Of a DNA stretch of 64,000 bases, positions 57,218-64,000 are shown in pieces. Numbering within the stretch: position 1 is the first letter of the stretch; the number at the start of each line of letters is the position of its first letter. The position numbers and the translations under genes are program-made. The stretch comes from an uncultured Chloroflexia bacterium (GTDB taxonomy: Bacteria > Chloroflexota > Limnocylindria > Limnocylindrales > CSP1-4), in contig CAVVNQ010000004.1 in the NCBI GenBank assembly GCA_963749705.1, forward strand, positions 1 to 64,000. The letters are read 5' to 3'. The notes beneath the pieces were generated by a model. That model saw only the letters and a program-made list of their open reading frames with translations, was not told the DNA's origin and did no database searches.

Positions 57218-60200
57218 ATGCACCTGATCGACGGACGACCCGTCTACGCCGCCACGGATCTCGTGGGCTTCCTCGCCTGCGGGCATCGCCTTGCGCTCGA
57301 GCGGGCCGCCATGTTCGGCCTGGTCGAGAAGCCGGTCCGCAACGACCCGTCGATCGAGCTCGTCGCCAAGCGCGGCCTGGAGCACGAGCGACGGTACCTC
57401 GAGGACCTACGGGCGCAGGGCCTGCGGGTGATCGAGATCGAGAAGGACGGCTCGGCGGTCCTGCCCCTCGTCGATGGAGGTGGCGCTCGTCGAAGGCGTG
57501 CCGCCGGCCGCCGAGGTCCCCGATCCTGCGCCGCGTGACCCGGGGGCGGAGCTGCGCGCCGCCGCCGTCCAGACGATCGACGCCATGCGGGCCCGCGCCG
57601 ACGTCGTGTACCAGGCGACGTTCTTCGACGGGACCTGGCGCGGGCATGCGGACTTCCTCCTTCGCCGGGATCACGATCCGGGCGAGCCGCACAGCGCGTT
57701 CGGGCCGTGGCACTACGAGGTCGCGGACACCAAGCTGGCCCGCCACGTCAAGGCATCGGCGATCCTCCAGATCTGCTCGTACGTGGAGCAGCTGGCGGCG
57801 ATCCAGGGACGTCAGCCCGAGCACCTCTACGTCGTGCTCGGCGGGCGCGCCCGGCCCACGGACAAGCTCCGCGTCGACGACTTCATGGCCTACTACCGCC
57901 AGGTGAAGGCGGAGTTCGAGGCGGCCGTCGGGCTGCGCGGCGACGGGGCTCCGGAGCCCGTCTACCCGCCCATCGCCACGTACCCCGAGCCGGTCGAGCA
58001 CTGCGACGTCTGCCGCTGGAACCCGTCGTGCCGGACGCAGCGCCGCGCGGACGACGATCTCAGCCTGGTTGCCGGCGCGACCAGCCGCCAGCGGCGAGCG
58101 CTCAAGCGCCGCGGGGTGGCCACGCGGCGCGGGCTGGCCGGGCTGGCGCTGCCGATGGGTCCGCCGCTCGAGGGCGTCGGACCGGAGGCGCTGGCGCGCG
58201 TCCACGAGCAGGCCCGGATCCAGGTCCAGAGCGAGGATCGCGGCGAGGTGCTGTGGGAGCTGCTCCCGCTCGAGCGCGCCGAGGATCGCACGCCCGTCCC
58301 GATGCGCGGCCTGCTGGGCCTGCCCGAACCCAGCCCCGGTGACCTGTTCCTTGACCTCGAGGGGGATCCGTTCGCGCTCGACGACGGTGTGGACTACCTG
58401 TTCGGCATCCTCGAGCCCCGGCTGACCGAGGACGATCCCCGCTACGCCGGTTCCGGCGAGACGCCCGGCCCGAAGTTCCACGCGATCTGGAGCCTCGATG
58501 AGGACGGCCAGGTCACCTGGGCAGGCGAGAAGGCGGCGTTCGAGCGGACGGTCGACCTGATCATGGACCGCTGGGCGGAGGACGACCGGCTGCACGTCTA
58601 CCACTACGCGGCCTATGAGCGGACCGCGCTGGCGCGGCTCGCCCAGCGCCATGGCACGCGCGAGCTGGAGGTGGACCGGCTGATGCGGGGCGGGGTGCTG
58701 GTCGACCTGTTCCGGGTCGTGCGCCAGGGGATCCGGGCGGGCGTCGAGAGCTACTCGATCAAGCGGATCGAGCCGCTGTACGCCCTCGAGCGCGAGGTGG
58801 CGCTCAAGGACGCCGGCAGCAGCATCGTCGCGTTCGAGACGTGGCTCGAGCTGGGCCCCGACGCACCGGTGGATGACGGCCCGCGGATCCTGTCCGAGAT
58901 CGAGGGCTACAACCGGGACGACGTGGTCAGCAACTGGAAGCTTCGCGACTGGCTGGAGGAGCGGCGGGCCGACCTGGTTGCCCGCGAGGGCGAGCTCGCC
59001 CGGCCGGAGCCGGATGCGGGCGAGCCGTCCGCGGACCTCAAGGCGCGTGACCTGCGGGTCGCCGAGCTGATGGCAACCCTCACCCCGGACGACCCGGGCG
59101 ATCCGGTGGCGCGCGCGGACCAGCCCGACGTCGCGGGTCGCTGGCTGCTCGCGCAGCTGCTCACGTGGCACCGGCGCGAGGACAAGTCCGCGTACTGGCG
59201 CTACTTCGACCTGCTCAAGAAGAGCGAGGAGGACCTGCTCGAGGAGCGCGAGCCGCTCGCGGGCCTGGAGCTGGTGGCGGACCCGTGGCCCGAGAAGCAG
59301 TCGCGGATCTACCGTTTCCGGTACCCGCCGCAGGACCACCGGATCGACACCGACACCGAGGTGACCGACCCGGTGACAAAACAATCCGCGGGGAGCGTGT
59401 TCCGGATCGACGATGTCGAGCGGATCATCGAGCTCAAGCGCGGTCCGGGCCTGTTCAACATCGAGCTCCCCCACTCGCTCGTGCCGCTGGGCGTCGTCCC
59501 CACCCGCGAGCACGCCGAAAGCCTGCTCAGGACCGGCGAGTGGGTGGCGGCCCACGGGCTGTCGCAGCCCGAGGGCCTCGCGCCGGACGAGCCGGATCTC
59601 GCGGCGGCGCGAGCCCTGCTGCTGCGCACCCCGCCGGCGATCCCCGGGCACGAAGGCGAGCCCCTTCGCCGTGACGGCGAGACCGCGCTCGACGCGGCGA
59701 TCCGGCTGGTGCTCGCGATGCCCGGCGGCGTGCTCCCCATCCAGGGTCCGCCGGGTTCGGGCAAGACGTGGACGGGGGCGCGGCTCATCGTCCGGCTCGT
59801 TCGCGAGGGCCGTCGGGTCGGCGTCGTCGCCAACAGCCACAAGGTCATCGGGCACGTGCTCGACGAGGTCGCCCGGGCAGCCCGCCCCGGGGACGGCGTG
59901 CGCATCGGGCAGAAGCCGAAGAACGGCCAGGAGCCCACGTCCGCCGCGGCCGTCCCGCTGGCCGACAACGCCGCGGTCGAGGCCGGGCTCCGTGGCCGCA
60001 CGGTCAACGTGGTCGGCGCGGTGTCGTGGACCTGGGCGCGATCCGAGATGTCGCGGCCCGCGCCGCTGGTCGACGTCCTGGTCGTTGACGAGGCGGGCCA
60101 GATGAGCCTGGCCAACGTGCTCGCCTGCGCACCCGCCGCCCGTACCATCGTGCTCCTCGGGGATCCGCAGCAGCTCGACCAGCCGACGCAGGGCAGCCAT

Positions 60201-60953
60201 CCGCCGGGAGCCGAGCGGAGCGCCCTCGCCCACCTCCTCGCCGACCCCGCGTACGTCAAGCCGGACCGTCCGACGATCGGACCCGCCGAGGGCCTGTTCC
60301 TCGAACGCACCTGGCGGCTGCACCCAGATGTGTGCGAGTTCACGTCCGGGGCGTTCTATGCCGGGCGGCTGCACCCCGTCCCGGGCCTCGAGCGCCAGCG
60401 GGTCCTGGCCGGTCCGCTGACGCTGTTCGAGGATCACGCCCGACTGGCGGGGACGGGGCTGCGCTACCAGCCCGTCCCACACCTGGGCAACGACACCGAC
60501 TCGCCGGAGGAGTCGGCGGCGGTCGTCGCGCTGGTCCGGGAGCTCCTGGATGCCGGCGCAACCTGGGTCGACGCGGATGGCGTTGAGACGGCCATGACGC
60601 TCGACGACATCGTGATCGTCGCGCCGTACAACGCGCACGTCGCCGCGATCGAGCGGGCATTCGCCGCGGCCGGGCTCGGCCGGCCCTTCGTCGGCACGGT
60701 CGACCGCTTCCAGGGCCAGGAGCGCCCGGTGAGCATCTACGCGATGGCGACCTCGACACCCGAGGACGCGCCACGCGGCATGGAGTTCCTGTACTCGCTC
60801 AATCGGCTCAACGTGGCCACGTCGCGGGCCCGATGCGTGGCCGCCGTCGTCGCGTCCCCGGAGCTGGTTCGTGTCGCCTGCCGGACCCCGCGCCAGATGC
60901 GACTGGCAAACGGCCTGTGCCTGGCCATCGAGGCTGCCGCGCGCGTCCGGTGA
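57218..60953 (+). pseudogene. TM0106-family RecB-like nuclease/RNaseH-like/SF1 helicase, split by +1 frameshift near 57465
   Basis: ORF1 YAATDLVGFLACGH...KRGLEHE is the N-terminus; ORF2 has ADFL, DTKLA, FLDLE, GPPGSGKT, VDEAGQ, GTVDRFQGQE, NVATSRAR. Confidence 0.8.
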
Positions 60954-61014
60954 CCGGGCTCGACGGCCGGCCTCGCCCATCGCGGGGTCGTCCGGTCGGG
61001 TGTGTTCCGATCCG

Positions 61015-62331
61015 TCAGCCGGCGAGCTCCGTGACGACCCACGCCGCCAGCACCCGCGCGCACGCCTCGACCTCCGCGAGCGCCACGTGCTCGTCCGCGG
61101 CGTGCGCGAGGCGGACGTCACCCGGCCCGAAGATGACGCATGGCGTCTCGCCCACGTCGATGAGCAGCCGCATGTCGGCGCCGTAGGGGACGCCCAGGGC
61201 CTGCGGCCGGCGGCCGGTCACCGCCTCCGCGACCGCGGCCAGGCCAACGGGCAGCGGATGATCGCCGGCCACCCGCGCCGAGCCGAAGCGCGCCCCGTCG
61301 ATCTCGATCGTGGCGGGATGCTCGCGGAGGAACGGGTCGGCGTCGCACGCGGCCGCGACGCAGGCCCGGAGCTCGTCCGCGGCGGCCTCGGGGGTCTGGC
61401 CCAGCCGGACGCCATACCGCCCGCCGGCGACCACCCGGTCCATGACCGTCGACTTCCACTCGCCGCCGGCGACCGTCCCGATGATCGTCGGGTACGGGAG
61501 CCCGAGCGCGGTCATCAGCGGGTCCGTCTCGTCCGCGTTGCGGGCGGCCTCGTCGGCCTCGAGCGCGCGGACGATCGTGGCCAGGTTGTCGAGCGCGGAC
61601 ACGCCTTCGAGGCGGCGGCTCGCATGCGCGGCACGCCCCGGGACCGTGAGCCGGAACGTGATGGCGCCGGCGTGGGCCACGACGATGTCGAGCCGGGACG
61701 GCTCGGGGATGATCGCCATGTCGCCGGTCGCACCGGCCCGGATCGCCGCGAGCGTCCCCTGCCCTCCGTCCTCCTCGCTCGGGACGAGGGCCACGATGAG
61801 CTCGCCGTCGAGCCGCGACAACGCATCGGCTGCCCGGAGCGCGCGCACCGCGGCCAGGATCGCGGCGAGCCCGCCCTTCATGTCGCAGGCGCCGCGTCCC
61901 GACAGCTCGCCGTCGCGGATGTCGCCCGAGAACGGATCGCCGGTCCACGTGGCGGGATCCCCGGGCGGGACGACGTCCATGTGCCCGGACAGGACCAGCC
62001 GCCGTCCACCGGGCCGGCCGACTCGCCCGAGCACCACCGGGAGCGTGGTCCGGGCCACCTCCTCTCCGGGCCAGGCCGGGTCGTCCCGGATCGCCGAGGG
62101 ATCCGGGTGGAACACCTCGACGGTCATGCCCAGCGCCTCGAGCCGGTCCGCGAGGTTGCCGGCGATCGTCCACTCGTCGCCGGTGACGCTCGGGATTCGG
62201 ACCAGGGCCGCAAGATCGGCGGCGGTTGCGGCGGGGTCGACGGCATCGGCTGCCGCGCGTGCCAGGTCCGACAGCCCCGCGGCCTGATCCGGCGATCGCT
62301 CGGTCGGCGACCGATCGTCCTCTGTGCTCAT
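61015..62331 (-). CDS. ArgE/DapE-family M20 deacylase
   Basis: GHMDVVP, GRGACDMKGG, SEEDGG, AHAADE. Confidence 0.9.
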   Translation of the reverse strand: MSTEDDRSPTERSPDQAAGLSDLARAAADAVDPAATAADLAALVRIPSVTGDEWTIAGNLADRLEALGMTVEVFHPDPSAIRDDPAWPGEEVARTTLPVVLGRVGRPGGRRLVLSGHMDVVPPGDPATWTGDPFSGDIRDGELSGRGACDMKGGLAAILAAVRALRAADALSRLDGELIVALVPSEEDGGQGTLAAIRAGATGDMAIIPEPSRLDIVVAHAGAITFRLTVPGRAAHASRRLEGVSALDNLATIVRALEADEAARNADETDPLMTALGLPYPTIIGTVAGGEWKSTVMDRVVAGGRYGVRLGQTPEAAADELRACVAAACDADPFLREHPATIEIDGARFGSARVAGDHPLPVGLAAVAEAVTGRRPQALGVPYGADMRLLIDVGETPCVIFGPGDVRLAHAADEHVALAEVEACARVLAAWVVTELAG

Positions 62332-63197
62332 GCCCGCAGGACGGGCCGGGTCAGGCAGGTCACCCCGCCCGATCCGTTCTCGCCAACCTCGCCCAGCGGG
62401 ATCGCGTGGACCTCGCAGCCGGCCGCCTCGAGCCCCCGCCGGGTACCGTCGTTGCCCTCGGCCACGACGACCACGCCCGGGCGGACGGCCAGCACGTTGC
62501 AGCCCAGCGTCGGGTACTCGGCCTCGGGGACCTGCACCAGGCGGACGCCGAGGTCCGCGAGCAGCTCGTACAGGCCTGCGGGCAGCAGTGGCAGGAACAC
62601 GACCGCCACGTCATCGGCCACCGGCGAGATCACCGACAGCAGGTGCACGAGCTCGGCCGGGCCCTTCCAGTACGGGACGTCGAAGATGCGCACGTCGCCA
62701 CCCACGATCGACGCCAGCTGGCGTGCACCGGCGTCGTTCGTCCGCAGCGTCCGCCCGATGCACAGCAGGTCAGGACGAAGCCAGAACGTGTCGCCGCCCT
62801 CGACCGTGCCCGGCCCCTCGATCCGTCCCAGCGTCGGGATCCCGTGCGCCGCCGTCCATGCCTCGAGCACGGCCGGCTCGCCGGCCCGGTTCGGCTTGCC
62901 GGGTCGGAGCGGGATGGCGCCGCCGTCCGCGATGAGCATCGGGTCGAACACGTAGACCAGGTCCGGATCGTCGGTCTCGGTCTCGAGCCGATGGACGCGG
63001 ACGCCGAGCCGGTCGAGGGTCTCGACCAGGCCGTCGTGCTCGCGCCGAGCGCGCTCGATGTCGACGGGTCGCAGGAACCCGGCCCCGGGGTGGTCGTAGG
63101 CTGCCGCGAACGCCGGTCCGGGCGCATTGACCAGCACGTCGAGCAGCGGCGCCACCATGCTCTGGGCGCCAAAGGCGCGCGGCTCGGGCTGGGTCAT
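62328..63197 (-). CDS. amidinotransferase/DDAH-family protein
   Basis: YVFDP, EGGD, RTN, VHL, GGVTCLT. Confidence 0.9.
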   Translation of the reverse strand: MTQPEPRAFGAQSMVAPLLDVLVNAPGPAFAAAYDHPGAGFLRPVDIERARREHDGLVETLDRLGVRVHRLETETDDPDLVYVFDPMLIADGGAIPLRPGKPNRAGEPAVLEAWTAAHGIPTLGRIEGPGTVEGGDTFWLRPDLLCIGRTLRTNDAGARQLASIVGGDVRIFDVPYWKGPAELVHLLSVISPVADDVAVVFLPLLPAGLYELLADLGVRLVQVPEAEYPTLGCNVLAVRPGVVVVAEGNDGTRRGLEAAGCEVHAIPLGEVGENGSGGVTCLTRPVLRA

Positions 63198-63304
63198 GGC
63201 ACGCAGGATACGTCGCGCGAACCGCCGACGATCATGGCCGCGGCTCGCGGCCGGGACAGGGCCCGGGCTTCCATCCGGGTGGCCTCGTCGCGTAGCATCC
63301 GCCG

Positions 63305-63565
63305 ATGGCGGGCTACGTCGCGCTCCAGCGCATCGACCGCGTCTCCGTTCGCGCCCTCGCGTGGCACGGATCGATCCGGGTCGAGGGCACCGTACGACGC
63401 GAACGTCCGGCGGTCATCGGGGCCGGCCGGCTCGCGGAACGTTCCCTGGCTGGGCCGCTCCGGGAGCGTCCCCTGCCCGAGCGGATCTCCGAGCGTTGGG
63501 CGATCGTCCGCGAGCAGTGGGCGATCACGACGTTCTTCCTGTTCGATCCCGAGAGCTGGCGCTAG
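63305..63565 (+). CDS. small hypothetical protein ending TTFFLFDPESWR
   Basis: TAGCAT 6 nt upstream of ATG; fills gap between two minus-strand genes. Confidence 0.55.
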   Translation: MAGYVALQRIDRVSVRALAWHGSIRVEGTVRRERPAVIGAGRLAERSLAGPLRERPLPERISERWAIVREQWAITTFFLFDPESWR

Positions 63566-63598
63566 GACCGGGGGCCGGCCGCACGCCTACCGCTGCCG

Positions 63599-64000
63599 TC
63601 AACCGGCGCGCACCGCGATCTCCCGGAGCTCGTCGACCAGCCGGTCCACCTCGGCCGCCGTGTTGTAGTGGGTGAGCCCGATCCGCAGCACGCCATCGGG
63701 CTCGAGGCCCAGCCGCTCGATCGGGCCGACGGCGTAGAAGTCGCCCCACCAGGTCGCGATCCCCCGCGCACCCAGCGCCGTCGCCGCAGCCTCGGCGGAG
63801 ACGCCGGCGAGGGTCACCGCGGCGGTCGGCGTGCGCTCGGCGAACCGGGCGCGGTCCACGATGCCCCAGGTTCGGAGCCCCGGGATCGACTCGAGACCGT
63901 CGAGCAGCCGCTCGAACAGCGGCATCTCGTAGGCGCGGATCGCGGCCATCCCGGTGTGGGCGTGGAGGCGGCGCCCGGTCATGCCCGGGAACTGCGCCTC
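63599..64000 (-). CDS. cysteine desulfurase-like class V aminotransferase, C-terminal part
   Basis: RTPT, GDFYA, LRIGLTHYNTAAEVDRL; runs off window end. Confidence 0.85.
   Translation of the reverse strand, partial: EAQFPGMTGRRLHAHTGMAAIRAYEMPLFERLLDGLESIPGLRTWGIVDRARFAERTPTAAVTLAGVSAEAAATALGARGIATWWGDFYAVGPIERLGLEPDGVLRIGLTHYNTAAEVDRLVDELREIAVRAG

Noticed and set aside
55044-61121. 2025-aa minus-strand ORF and other long antisense ORFs (e.g. 14339-17500, 24501-26912)
   Set aside because: Shadow ORFs of high-GC genes on the opposite strand; Arg/Gly/Pro-rich with no motifs.

Overview
High-GC (roughly 70% by eye), gene-dense bacterial chromosome segment. The gene content and style suggest Chloroflexota (Limnocylindria/Ellin6529-like) or an actinobacterium-like lineage; this is inference. 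It carries about 58 CDSs and tRNA-Gln(CTG). These include a VapBC-type TA pair, two thymidine kinases, an ECF sigma with a frameshifted partner, DevR-like and LAL regulators, an ndh-nifJ-DHOD-like block, two ABC modules, lhgO, mscL, a class A PBP, DUF3090/SCO1664, an ADPS-like oxidase with an FGGY kinase, a 12-gene LacI-linked catabolic operon of unknown substrate, and a split TM0106 nuclease-helicase. I saw no integrase, transposase or CRISPR array. The most notable unexplained features are: (i) a DnaA-box cluster followed by a ~170-nt structured RNA candidate that can sequester a NUDIX start codon; (ii) a promoter + structured leader + 62-aa Zn-ribbon gene + terminator unit; (iii) an orphan eCIS-effector-like HExxH protein; (iv) the catabolic operon with altered active-site motifs; (v) a MITE-like inverted-repeat element; (vi) widespread leaderless gene starts. 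All calls are from reading the sequence by eye; no searches were run.
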